Assembly (NCBI RefSeq): GCF_009914755.1
Contig: NC_060947.1
Source: the human T2T-CHM13v2.0 reference genome, Homo sapiens
Reading direction: 5' to 3' (one strand)
DNA length: 64,000 bases
Shown here: in pieces, positions 16,976 through 29,380 of the stretch
Position numbering within the stretch: the stretch's first letter is position 1
How the letters are laid out: every line of letters starts with the position of its first letter
Notes under the pieces: generated by a model
What the model saw: the letters and a program-made list of their open reading frames with translations, nothing else
What the model was told of the DNA's origin: nothing
The model's database searches: none
Made by a program: the position numbers and the translations under genes

Positions 16976-17819
16976 AGGGGAGACAAGTAGGGACTTGTTT
17001 TAAGATCTTACTCAGGGCTTTTCTAGGGATGAATGGGGGGAAAGGGTGTGAAATCAACCTTTATTGATAACATAATTTGTGTCATTTAATCCTCACAACA
17101 TCCCTGATGAAATGAGCACTACAAATTCCACTTGATTCCCACTTGAGGAAACTGTTGAGTCCATCAGTGGCCAATTCTCGTGAAGAGGGCTGTTCCTAAG
17201 GATGAAATTTTTTTAAACCTTAAGAAGAAACTTTAGGGCACTTACATAGACCTCCATAGAATGGTTTCAGGCATAACCCTAGACTCCAGGGTCTCCATTG
17301 ACCTTCCCTGTTGTTAATCTCCTGGTTTGTGCACATGTGCACAAGATGCTCAGGGCATAACACATTAGTGGGTCTGGGGCTCCATTATGAAGTCTCCGCT
17401 ACCCTCCAAGTGTGCATGTAGGGATACATCGTGCTCCAGTGATTGGCCCTTTCTGGGGGTTTCTGTTGTGTTTACCTTTTTGTTAGGATCTTTGATACTC
17501 TAAGATCCAAACAGACTGCTAGAAAATTATCAGCTGCTGAGAGGTAAGGGCTGGGATCAGAGTGGAGAAGTTCCTGAAACTGGAAATGGGGAATAATAAG
17601 GATCTGGGTGGGTTCATGGAAATCACCATGTTCATTCCTCCTTTCTTCTTAGCCAAAATCCAAATTGCCATGGGAAACGCCATCAGCTGCCCTGCTTCCT
17701 GTGGTCCAGCTGTGCATTGAGTGACAAGGAAAACCCTGTTTGTAGTTACCTGACAAAACCATAAAAAGAAAAAAGACCACAGCTGCAGTAGCAGCCAACA
17801 TAACTGAGCGGCACCCTCT

Positions 17820-18045
17820 TTATTTCGTGTGCTTACTTGCTCGGGCATGGTCTGATTCAATCCTCACAGCAGCTCTATGCACCAGGTACTACTATGCCCC
17901 TGGATTTAACCTGCCCCGTTTGTACTGATGATGTGCCTGAGGCCCAGAGAAGTCAAGTGACCTGCCCAAGGCCACAGAGCTAGTAAGTGGTAGAGCCAGG
18001 ATTCAAATGCAACCTGCTACTTCTGAACCAGTGCTCTGAATCTGA
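17820..18045 (-). mobile_element. MIR SINE
   Basis: 'ctgaggcccagagaagtcaagtgacctgcccaaggccacagagctagtaagtggtagagccaggattcaaa'. Confidence 0.85.
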
Positions 18046-19179
18046 CGCTCTCCTGTCCCATGGGGAATGCAGGAATCAAACTGGGTTCCCTGCTGCCATT
18101 TTGTAATTGCCCTCTACCCCTTTGGGGATCTTCTGGAGGCTCAAAGCCCTAAGACATTGCTCTGAGTGGGGTCAAAGGACAGAACTCAGTGAAACAGAGA
18201 GACAGATGCTGATGTGGGTCGGGGAGGCTGGGGTGGGGAATCTGAGAGAGGGGTGGTTACACAGTTTAAGCTGAAAATTGCCAGCTTCACAACTGCATCA
18301 GTAAGTGGAGTTGGGGAGAATGAAAAGGGTGAATTAAATAAAATTGTTATTCATCTTCCCTATTTTTTTTTTCACGTTTGCCCTAAGAGGGCAATTAAAG
18401 AAACAAATGGTTTGTGGAGATTAGCTGACTGGTAGCTTTGCATATTAATATAATGACACTTGGCTCTGCCAGGCTGACTTTCTATTTGAGGTAGTGCTGT
18501 CCTTTCAGGCTGAAGAGCTGATTTCAGAGAATTAGGCCCCTGCAGATTAAAAATGAAATGAAATCAGTGTGCTCTCTGTCTCTACCCTGCTTGCAGCCCC
18601 ACCAAGACTGTCTGCAGAAAGCAAAAAGGATGTGAACAGGCTGTGCACCCTTCTGCCAGCAGTCATTGGAGTGCAATGGGTCCAGGAGAGGTGAGGCCTG
18701 AGGCCAGGCGAGGGTAGGTGTGGGTGTCATCACTTCTCAGGAAGGGCTCCACATTTGCAAGACACTGCAGATACAGAGGTTAATGCTGGATCCCTTCTCT
18801 TGGAGGAGTGTCTCACCTAGTAGGGGAGAAGGACACATGATACATACTATAATTTCGTCTGGTAGGGGGGCATCAGGAGTTGACATGTGGCTCAGTCTAG
18901 AAGAATGAATAAGAATTGGACAGGCATGGTAGGGGACATGGTTTCTTTTTAGGAGCAGAAGATAATGGCTTCAGTGTATGGCAATGTATGGTGGGCACTG
19001 TGATGCCCACAGCGTCTCCACAGAAACCTGAGCACTCCTATGCTGCCTGCATGAGGATCAATCCATTGGCAGTTTGGGTGTCTGTGGCTTAGTCCGTGAA
19101 CAAAATATCAGAACAGAAATGGAATCTTGCCACAGGCCCATTCCCACTCTACCTGCAGTATTTTCAGGGAGTGGCTTGG

Positions 19180-19355
19180 AAAGGGGTTAAGTACAAGAGC
19201 TTTTGAGTCAAACTAATCTGCCACTGCCAGGATGTGTGACTGTGGACAAGTCCTCTCTAAGCCTGAGTTGATTCAGTTTCTTCAGGTGAAAAGTAGAAAT
19301 AAATAACAATACCTTCCTTACAGGACTGTTGTGAGGATTGACTGAGATCCTGCTC
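19180..19355 (+). mobile_element. MIR SINE
   Basis: 'tgtgtgactgtggacaagtcctctctaagcct...accttccttacaggactgttgtgaggatt'. Confidence 0.75.
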
Positions 19356-20211
19356 GTGGAATCCAGATACTAGCTGCTGAAGTCTTTTTACCTTTAAGAC
19401 CTAGATAACATTGACTCAAACTCCTATTTCCCCTCCCCAAGATATCTGCAAATTTCTATAGGGTTTTCAATTATATGGTCACCTCTGTCTCTAGCTTTTT
19501 CCCACCTGTGAGTTCTTCCTCTCATAGTACAACCATTTACAATTTTGTAGCTCTAAACTTAAATTCAAACTCTTTCTTTGATTTTGACAACAGCAACAAC
19601 AACACTACTACCCCCAACATATTAACAAAAGCAACCATTCGCAGTGCCTGTATGTGCATAGCATACTTTATTGAAGGCTTGGGGAAGTAGAGGAAGTTGT
19701 TGCAGCATGGAAAACAGCTTAAAATGCAAAATGTTCTTCAAAGTCCTCTAGCCATGCCTCCAAGTTGTTCAATTTGCCTTTCTCAGTCCTCTTCTCTGCT
19801 CCCTCTCTTTTGGAAACAAAGGAACCCCATTTTTTCCACTTTACAATACAGAGCAATTCAGCTGTCTTTAGCCCTTAACCCCCAAGCTTAGCACTGGGTT
19901 TTTCTTTCAATAGGCGAGGGTCTGGCTGAGGCTTGAAAATGTCTTCCTAAAAGAATTTAATTAAGTTTTTAAATAAGTTGCCATCCATCTCTTTGATTTT
20001 ATCGTGTGGAGGATGACTTTTTTCCCTCATTATACGTGTAAAGCATATCACAAAAATACTCATCCATACTAAGCACACATAAAATAACAACTGTTGTTAT
20101 TATAACAATTTTTATACTTTGGACTGATTTGGGCATAAATTAATAACTATATTGTGCCTACATTAGTATAAGAGTCAAAAGAGATGATCTCTATAAAAGC
20201 CCTTAGAGATC

Positions 20212-20445
20212 CAGTGCTTCTCCACACTTGTTTTTGGAATACTATATTCACAGGCTGTTTATAGATCATCCAAGAAATAAGGGTTCTTTGCTTAAATGTA
20301 TTAGAGAGATACTACACACTGTATCCTACTCTTAGGAATGCCAAATTTACATTAGACTATTAAAGGCTCTGATAAGTCCTGCAAAAAGACTATCTATTTA
20401 ACTTTGTTTAGCTGTGTGTTCTCCAGTCAGATTAGACCAAATTAA
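20212..20445. mobile_element. hAT-Charlie MITE (MER112/MER113-like)
   Basis: Starts 'cagtgcttctc' and contains 'attaaaggctctgataagtcctgca...tttaactttgttta'. Confidence 0.6.
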
Positions 20446-21024
20446 CAAATGTTGTAATTAATATTTCATGAAATTTACTTTGTCCTGTGTTAACCTGGTT
20501 CCAACCCATCATTTTACAAATGACTAAGTAAGATGCAAAGAGGTGAAGGACCTGAACCAAAGGCCACCCAGCTAGCTGGTAGTTTCTGAGTCTGATGTAG
20601 CAAGTGGAATGGAGACTGTGAAGAGTGTGTCAGAGAAGATCTAAAGACAGCCAACAGTCTTTTCATACTATTCACCTACCTCTGATATAGGCTGAAGGTC
20701 TTTATCGAAAGAGACAACTGAAAGTGTTATGTCTATACTCCCTGTCTACCTCTCTTTATCTCCTCCAATCCAAACTAACCAGGCTTCAAATCCTACTGCT
20801 TAACTAAAACTGCTCTTATTGAAATCACTAATGCCCTCCATGTTAAGTATCTGATGGTCACTTCTCTGTCCTCATCTTACATGACCTTTTGCCAACATGT
20901 AATGAAGTTGAACATTTCCTCTCTCTTGAAAGTCTTTCCTGATTTCTTATAACACTGGAGTCTTCCAGTTTTCCATCAACTCTCCTTGCTAGAGTTTTTT
21001 GTTGCTCTTTATTGTGGTGGTTGT

Positions 21025-21570
21025 TGTTTGTTTTTTAGTGACTTTTCTGAACAAATATTTAAAGTCTTTAATTATTTGTCATGTGTGGCCACTGAAGTCT
21101 CTCTTTGGTTAGCCTGGTGGTCAGCTAATGATTGGATAGAGATTGCTTTAAATGTATAGAAACAACACATCTCCCAGTCTTTGTTGGGGGGCTATGTGTA
21201 CATGTCAGTGCGTGCCTTCAACACTCTGTCAACTCTGTCTTACTCTTCACGTCCTGTTGACACAAAGCTTCAAGCTCAGCCAGAGGTGAGACATTAGGGC
21301 CTTCCCAGGTCTTTCCTGAGTATGTGCACAATTTTGTGCATCTTCACAGTCCTACACATATGTATGGCCTTCTAGATTCTCAGGAATATGTCAAAGCCCC
21401 TTGTAGACATCTCATTTCTCAAGTTTTCCATTTAAGCTTTTTAGCTACTCTATTTTTTTACCCCAAATTTTGTTCATTGCCTGAGGAAGCTGTTTTGTTA
21501 AGCAGTTGCTGCTGATTGTTTTTGACAAAGGCCTATGGGGAAAAGGCTGTTTGCATTGGGCAAAGGTGAG
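21025..21570 (-). mobile_element. Old L1 (L1M4/L1MD-like) 5' region fragment
   Basis: 'gtgtggccactgaagtctct...gtggtcagctaatgattggatagagatt...cagccagaggtgaga...ttagggccttcccaggtctttcctgag'. Confidence 0.65.
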
Positions 21571-21981
21571 TCCAGCTGGTGCTTTATTTAATCTGTATCT
21601 TGAATCCCATTACTTCTCACCATTCCAACCAACATCACCCTGATCCAAGCCACCATCATATCTCACCTAATCACTGTTGTAATCTCCTAACTATTCCCCC
21701 TTGATTCCATTCTTGTCCTTCCATAATCCATTTTCCCCATAGCAGATCCCTTAAAAAATGCCCTTCAAATGAAGTTATGCCACTGTTTAAACCCTTTAGT
21801 GGCTTTCCTTTGGAGAAAATCCAAGCTCCTTCCCATGGTGTCCCAGGCCTGGCATGATATGGCCCATGCCTGCCCACTACTCTCAATGTGTACTTTTTCC
21901 CTATTGCACCTTACGCTAACAGCTGTTGGTTTTCCATTGCTTGAACACATCAAGCTCTTTCCTACCACAGAGCCTTCACAC

Positions 21982-22094
21982 TAAGGTTACTGGCTCATCA
22001 CAGCTTTCCTAGAACTTTACTTATGTTAGCACTAGAAGTCCCATGTCTCAGGAATCCCTTTGTGCTGGGAAGACCAGGACAATTGGTCACCCTA
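21982..22094. mobile_element. MER81-like hAT-Blackjack MITE
   Basis: Terminus 'ttggtcacccta'; 8-bp TSD cttcacac / cttcgtac. Confidence 0.75.
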
Positions 22095-23463
22095 CTTCGT
22101 ACATATGGTGAATTCTAGTTAGAATACTGTTCTCTCTATTCTTCACCTAGATATATCTTACTTATCATTAAATCTCAGCTTAAATATTCTTCCTTTGGGG
22201 AGGCTTTCCCTGACCAAACAATTAGCAGTAGAGCTTCCCTGTTTTTCTCTCCCATGATTCTGTACTTTTCTCCTTTGCACAACTTACTATAATTTGTGAT
22301 TATTGTATTTATTGCTTTGTTTACTTTTTCTTTGTCTCCTCCACTAGAGTGAAAACTCCATGGGGGTCTTATTCACTCGTATGTTCCCAGCATCCTGCAC
22401 AATATGTAGCAGATATAGGAGCTTAGTTAATACTTCTTAAATGAATGAATGGATGGATGGGTGAATGCGACACTATCATAGATTGACCTACAACTCCTAA
22501 AAACACAAAGAACTCAGCAAGTTCAGTGGCAAACTGCTTATGACACAACTCTGATCTGAGCAGAAACTAGCCTAGCCCATGCAGTGCCTTTGTGTGAATT
22601 AGCAAAAGATGCCCCTCAATTTGGGCACAATCTTGAGGGAAAGTGGCTTGGTCAGCAGGGCACAGGATGCATTTCAGGCCCTTTTGCCTCGCTCTCCAGC
22701 CATGTGGCCTTGTGCAGGTCATAGATTGCACAACTGAAGCCATGGCCCTGACTTTGAAGGGAAATCTGTAAGCAAGGTGAAAGGAAGAGTGAAAAGGGAG
22801 AGCTACAGAGTCCCAGGAGATGCAGTGTCTGATTCTGGTGGAAACTGGGGTTCTTTTGGAAGTGGTTTTAAAAAGCCATATGAGAAAAAGGAACAAAAAG
22901 TGACTGGCTCAGTCATCTCAACTGATAACAGCAGTGAAGCGTCAAGAGTGTGTGCTCTGGTATCCCACAGGACTGCGTTTGCATTCTGGCCCTGCCTTTT
23001 ACTAGCTGTGAAGCCTTAGAGACGTGCCTCTGTTTTCTCATATGTAAAATGGCCTATAAGGTCAATGTGAATATTAAACAAAATAATGTATACAGGATAT
23101 GCTTACTACAGTGTTTTCTATATAGCAGGTCTTAAATAGTCATTACTAATATTGATAGATAATGTTACTTATGTAAAATATACAAAATATTTGATTTCAA
23201 AGAAGTCAGAATGGGTTTCAAAGGTAGCTTTGAACAGGCAGCCCCTTCCCCCAGCAGCCAGCCTTGAATTTGCAGTTTGGGCTTTTATTAAAAGATGAAA
23301 TTGGAAAGCTTCCCAGATTATACAGCTGGTCGGGTCCTAAGGCAGCTGGGTGACAATGTAGGGTAATGAGCAAGGTGACTCACTTGTCCCAGTGGAGGCC
23401 TCATCTCCTGTGAAACAGCAGGGCTGGGGGTAGGGGTGCTAAGCAAGATATAAATAAGGTCCC

Positions 23464-23848
23464 TGATATGGTTTGGATTTGTGTCCCCACCCAAATCTCG
23501 TGTTGAATTGTAATCCCCAGTGTTGGAGCAGGGGCCTGGTGCGAGGTGATTGGATCATGGGGGGAAGATTTCCCCCTTGCTGTTCTTGTGATAGTGAGTG
23601 AGTTCTCACTAGGTCTGGTTGTTTAAAAGTGTGTAGCACCTCCTCCTTCACTCTATTCCTCCTGCTCCAGCCATGTAGGATGTGCCTGCTTCACCTTTGC
23701 CTTCCCCCATGATCGTAAGCTTCCCAAGGCCTCCCAAGCCATGCTTCTTGTACAGCCTTTGGAACCGTGAGCCAGTTGAACTTCTTTTCTTTATAAAGTA
23801 CTCAGTCTCAGGTAGTTCTTTATAGCAATGCAAGAACAGACTAATACA
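23464..23848 (+). mobile_element. MSTA-type MaLR solo LTR
   Basis: TGATATGGTTTGGAT...GACTAATACA termini; 5-bp TSD gtccc / gcccc. Confidence 0.92.
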
Positions 23849-24389
23849 GCCCCCAAGTGCTGTGACCGTGCCAAATACCCAAGTGCTGTAGAAGTGGCTG
23901 GCTGCAGGCCTGTTCTCGGGCAGAAGGCACACAGACATCAGTATGACTTATCTCTCTTCAGGGGTCCAGGCTTCCAAGGCAACTCTTTGCCAGAGGGAGG
24001 CATAGCCCCAGGCCCTGTGTTACTCTGGATGATGTCTAAATGGGGGACTGGGTGGGCAGCAAGAGTGGGTTGGGCCTGGAAAAGGCCAAAGAAAGGAAGA
24101 AGAGAGAGTCCACCCAGCACTTAAGCACCTCTGTATGACACCACTTCGTTTCCCACCTCTGAAGACACTGGAACCTAGGGAAAATAGCTCAAATAAACAG
24201 CCATAAAGCCAATCTTGAAAGAGAAAGAAAGGATTGGGTACCAAGTACCAGGTCTTTTTGGGTTTTGACTGGAAAATTACCTCTTTTACCCAAGGTCATT
24301 CAGGTGGTGGAAATCTTCAGATTCAAGAAGGCTCTATAGTACAATGCATAATAATAATGTTAGTAACAGTGGCAACAACAGCAAAAGTA

Positions 24390-24580
24390 GTGGCTGAACC
24401 CTACACCATGACCTGGCCCTGCACTAAGTGCCTACACAGGCTACCTTGTTTCATCCTGCCAACAATTCTCTGAAGTAGGAACCATTGCCATCTTTATTTT
24501 ATAGATGAAGAAACTGAGATTCAGAGAGCGTAAGTAGCTTAAGCCAAACAGTGGAACCTGCATTTATACCAAGGTGCCTG
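24390..24580 (-). mobile_element. MIR SINE
   Basis: 'ttttatagatgaagaaactgagattcagagag' core. Confidence 0.75.
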
Positions 24581-25269
24581 TAACACAAAAGTTTCTAACA
24601 CCAAAGCAGAATACATATATCCTGACATTACACAAACATTTGGTTCACAAGACTTCTCCAGGAAAAAAATCCAGGGCCTTTGATCACCCCTTGCACAGCC
24701 TGAGCCCTGAGCACTGAGAGGCCCAGTATTTTCCCTGTTTAGTTCTACTATTTACCTCATGTAACTTACTAGCTGTGCAACCTTGAACAAGGGCTTAGCA
24801 CAGTACCTGGCATGCCATAATATCAGCGATATTATTATTGCTGTTAGCCTCCCTGAGCCTGTTTCACCTGGATAAAATTGGGATAATAGAGCCCACACTA
24901 TCTACCTCACAGGCCAATTGAGAAGTCAAATGAGATGATGGATAGAAAGGACTTTTTAAACTGAGAAGCTCAGTGTGAACATATTGTGCTATCATTAATG
25001 CATTTATTTGTTCCTTCAACAGACTTGTCTTGAATGCTTATTATGGCCTGGGGTAGACACGAAATTGAAAAACAAATAGAAGCCCTGTCTTTGTACCGTC
25101 ACATTCTCCCTGAAGATTTTTAATAATTATTTCTTTGTGTACCACAGGGCAGGGATTTTCACCACCATTTCGCAGATCAGGTTGTGTAATTTATCCCAAA
25201 TCATATAGTAAGACATAGTTAAAAATAACAGGCATCTGTGTGATCTTGAGCAAGTTACTTAACCTCTCC

Positions 25270-25722
25270 ATGGTGGGCTGAATCATGGCCCCCAAAATAT
25301 CCAGGTCTTAATCCTGGACCTATAAATGTTACTGCATACTTAAAAAAGGGATTTTGTAGATGCAATTAAGTTGAGGATCTTGAGATGGGGAGATTATCCT
25401 GGATTGGCCCTAAATGCAATCATGCGTGTATATCCTTGTAAGAGAGAGGCAGGGGGAGATTGGACACAGACAAAAGAGAAGACAATTTGATCATGGAGTA
25501 ATCACAGATTAGAGTGATGTAACCTCAAGCTAAGGAATTCTGGGAGCCACTGAAGATGAAAGTAGCAAGGAATGGATTCTCCTCTAGAGCCCTCCAAGGG
25601 ATTGTGGCTCTGCTGACACCTTTACTACTATCCAGTTATAATGATTTTGGACTTCTGGCCTCCAGAACTGGGAGGAAATATTTTTTTCTTGTTTTAAGCC
25701 AACAAGTTTGTGGTAATTTGTT
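25270..25722 (+). mobile_element. MLT1C/D-type MaLR LTR
   Basis: 'gatcttgagatggggagattatcctggatt', 'ttggacttctggcctccagaact', 'ttttaagccaacaagtttgtggtaatttgtt'. Confidence 0.88.
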
Positions 25723-25790
25723 TCCATGCTTTCATGAAGAGTAGCCAATCCAATATTAGCCCATCCAATAGGGCTAATAATAAGACTCAC

Positions 25791-26146
25791 TGATATGGTT
25801 TGACTGTGTCCCCAACCAAATCTCATCTTGAATTGTAGCTCCCATAATTCTCACATGTTGTGGGAGGGATTCAGTGGGAGATAATTGAATCATGGGGGTG
25901 GATCTTTCCCATGCTATTCTTGTGATAGTGAATAAGTCTCATGAGATCTGATTGTTTTATAAAGGGGCGTTTCCCTGCACAAGCTCTTCTCTTGCCTGCC
26001 ACCATGTGAGATGTGCCTTTTACCTTCTGCCATCATTGTGAGGCCTCCCCAGCCACTTGGAACTGTGAGTCCGTTAAACCTTTTTCTTTTGTAAATTTCC
26101 CAGTCTAAAGTATGTCTCTATCAACAGCATGAAAATGAACTGACAC
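25791..26146 (+). mobile_element. THE1B/C solo LTR
   Basis: 'tgatatggtttgactgtgtcccc...gaattgtagctcccataatt...tgtgaggcctccccagcca...cagcatgaaaatgaact'. Confidence 0.93.
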
Positions 26147-26169
26147 GTCCACTTAAAAAAAAAAAAAAG

Positions 26170-26641
26170 AAAACTTTTATTTTAGGTTCAGGGGTACATG
26201 TGCAGGTTTGTTATATAGGTAAACTCGTGTCATGGGAGTTTGTCATACAGATTATTTCATCACCCAGGTACAAAGCATAGTACACAATAGTTACGTTTTC
26301 TGGTCCTCTCCCTCCTCCCACTCTGCACACTCCAGTAGGCTCCAGTGTGTGTTGTTCCTTCTATGTGTCCATGTGTTCTCATCATTTAGCTCCTACATGT
26401 AATTGAGAACATGTGGTATTTGGTTTTCTGTTCCTGTGTTAGTTTGCTAAGGATCATGGCCTCCAGCTCCATCTGTTGTTCCTGCAAAGGACGTGATCTC
26501 ATTCTTTTTTATGGCTGCATGGTATTCCATGGTGTATATATACTACATATTCCTTATCCAGTCTACCACTGATTGGCATTTAGGTTGATTCCATGCCTTC
26601 ATTATTGTGAATAGTGCTGTAATGAACATACGCGTGCATGT
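26170..26641 (-). mobile_element. L1PA (older, ~L1PA13-16) 3' end, 5'-truncated
   Basis: 'ttttaggttcaggggtacatgtgcaggtttgttatataggtaaactcgtgtcatgg...' antisense 3'UTR. Confidence 0.92.
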
Positions 26642-27328
26642 AAGACCTACTTTGTAAGGTTGTTGTGAAGATTCACAGGGTTAATACATGCAAAGGTCTT
26701 TCAAACAGTGTCTCCTACGTTGTAATCACCATACAAGTGTTAGCTATTTTATCATTGCTGTTATTGTTGTTATCATTAGTGGAACGCTTACTATATGACA
26801 GGCCATATATTAGGCCTTTAGATACATTTCTTCTGGTAAGCAAAAGTGCTGGACCTATAGCTTCAGTTTTATGGATTTCTTTCTTTCTTTTTTTTACCTT
26901 TACTTGTAGTTATTATTATCACTCAAAGGTCCCAGAAGAGAAGTTTGTCTCAAGCCTTCATAACAACTCTATTCTACACCCTTCCCTGAACCTGCTAACC
27001 CAGAACCCAAGCTTCTTGGGCAGAAACCCTACCTTGGGAGGGCAGGTGATCCTTGGTAAGTCAGTCTAGCCCACCTCTGGCTCCAAGCTCCCTTCTGGAA
27101 ATGCTGGAGTGGGGTGGGATGGAATGAAGCCCTATCCTCTCCTGGGATAGAAATACCATCTCCTATTAGTAGGACAAAGGGCATCATCACCTTTCTCATT
27201 TCTCCTCTGAGCATCTGCCACGTATCGGCATTCCATCAGTATTTGGTAGGTTATTGAATATCCCTGGGATGAGTGAAGAACAAAATACCATTACCCAAAC
27301 AGAGATTTTGAGACCCACAGGGATTGAG

Positions 27329-27868
27329 TGTATTCATCAAGGCACAGGCAGGAAAGAGATGGCCTACCCAAAGGTGTAATTTGAGGAGAGTTTAAGGAAA
27401 AAACTACTTACAAAGGTGTTTGTTGGTTGGGTAAAGGAAACCAATTAGGGATGGTTAAAGACTGGAGCTAGTTGCAGCAGGGAGATATTACCACTCCTAG
27501 CCTAAAGGAGCAAGGGGAGGGAGTAGATATGGAACCCACTGAAAGATGTAGCTGTGGGAAGGAACTGCAACAGGAGATGTGGCTTTTGGTAAAACAATAT
27601 AGGCACTGGCAACCTACAGGCTTCCTGCCCAAGAAGCCTGTGGCCTAGACAGTAAGGGATCCAGGAAAATCAATACACCACCCTCTCTTTCCTTCTACCC
27701 TTCAATCTTCTGCCAGTGCTTCTCATTGACTAAACACAACTGGATACCAGAGGACTAGGGAGCCCAGGTGATTGAGTCCACATAGCTCAGCCTCTTGGGG
27801 CACACAAGGATGTAGGGTGGAGAAGGGTGGAAAGAAGATCTAGAGAGACAAATGGAGCCCATCCAACA
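27329..27868 (-). mobile_element. LTR33 (ERVL) solo LTR
   Basis: 'ggcaggaaagagatggc...taatttgaggagagttta...gcaaggggagggag...gggtggagaagggtgg' matches the LTR33 antisense consensus. Confidence 0.8.
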
Positions 27869-28494
27869 TGGCGATTGTCCCAAGATCATCTAGCAAGACC
27901 AGTGCTAAGTTAAAACTAGGACTTGTACTTGAGTCCAGGCTCAATCTCTGAGACCTCATACTTCTAAGCAACCTAGTCTCACGATGAATTTAGTATTTGG
28001 CCAAGTGCTTGTTGTCCTAATTTATCCTTACAACTTCTGACATAATTCTTTTTCCTTCCATTGTCAATGCATTTGAAAAGTAAAATCTCGCCAACAGTGC
28101 TCAGTTCCTTTGGTTTTTGTGACACCTCTTCCCACAGGCCATAAATGAGTTAATACAGAAGATAAATAAATAAAATTTCTGTTGTATTCCTTCAGGCAAT
28201 ACTTACAAACTTATAAAAAAATTAGAACTAAAGTGTATAGATTTTTCTGAAAGTTTGGTTGAGTATAAATTAGAATTAGAAATTAGAAAATTTCCCCCAG
28301 GAGACAGAACTTAGTTGCCTGGAGAAATGTTGGGTAAATGATGAAAGAATCCTGATATGTCTGCTGTGGGTATTACAGGCATCAAATCCTTGCTTGGCAA
28401 GGCTGGAAAGGTCTGGCCACTCCATCTCTGTGCCTTCAAGGTGATTGCTCACCAATGTATACTTGTCACACACCAATCAAAAAATTGGCTGGTG

Positions 28495-28710
28495 GAAACC
28501 TGGGCTCTGGGGTCAGCCAGATCTGAATCGGTTCTAAACTCTACCACTTCCTTGCTGTGTGGTCTTGGCTGAGTCATTTAATTTCCCTGAGACACAGTTT
28601 CCCCTCTGAAAAAGTGGGGAAATGATTTGCTTACCTTTCAGACTTGTTGAGAGGGTGAAACGAGGTCACACTGTAAACCCCTTAGCGTGCTACTTGGTGA
28701 AGAGTCAACA
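28495..28710 (+). mobile_element. MIR SINE
   Basis: 'ctctaccacttccttgctgtgtggtcttggctgagtcatttaatttccctgagacacagtttcc'. Confidence 0.75.
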
Positions 28711-29099
28711 CTCCATACAACACTCCAGCACTAAGCAGGGGTTCTGGGCTAAAGAAGCTCCCTCTCTTCCCCCACCTATACTGGTTCCCAGCTAGCTTGT
28801 GTTACATCCCATCTCCTGGTTCTGTACCCTCTAGACACATTCCTGGCATTTTGGCTCTGATGTCTCCTGAGCAGTTTTCAGCCTCGGTCTTTCTTTTGGA
28901 CTCAGTACCCCTTCCCCTATTGTCTCAGGTCAGGATTCCCTGCTATATCCTTGGCAACCCTAGAGCTCCACCTTCTAGCCAGGTTAGCTTTGTGTCCCCA
29001 GGAACTAAGAGGAATGGGTTATGGGATTCAGATGGAGTTTTCAGCAACCCTGCAGTCCAACCCAGCCCTTGAAAGGCAGGAAGGAGGGTTTGGCGAATA

Positions 29100-29295
29100 G
29101 CACTAGGGCTGGCATTTGTCAGCTCTGGGTTTGAATCCCAGTTCTGCCACTTACTAGCTCTAGGACCTTATGCAAACCATTTAACATAGTTCTGCCTTGA
29201 TTTCCTCATCTGAAAATGGGCTAAAGATAGCACCTACTTCATGGGGCAGTTGAAAGGAGCAAATGAGGCAGTTTGGAGAGTGCTTAGAGCAGGGC
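29100..29295 (+). mobile_element. MIR SINE
   Basis: 'ctgggtttgaatcccagttctgccacttactagct...tttcctcatctgaaaatggg'. Confidence 0.85.
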
Positions 29296-29380
29296 TTGAT
29301 GGTGGTTAGTTCACCTCTGACCCCACTCAGCAGTCCAGCACAAAGGTACCCACACCAGACACTCTTGCTACAAAATTCCC

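Larger units (their letters stand above)
20760..22460 (+). mobile_element. L2 element, fragmented by an L1 piece and MER81
   Basis: 'aaactgctcttattgaaatcactaatg', 'ccaagccaccatcatatctcacct', and the 3' end 'aatgaatgaatggatgg'. Confidence 0.8.
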
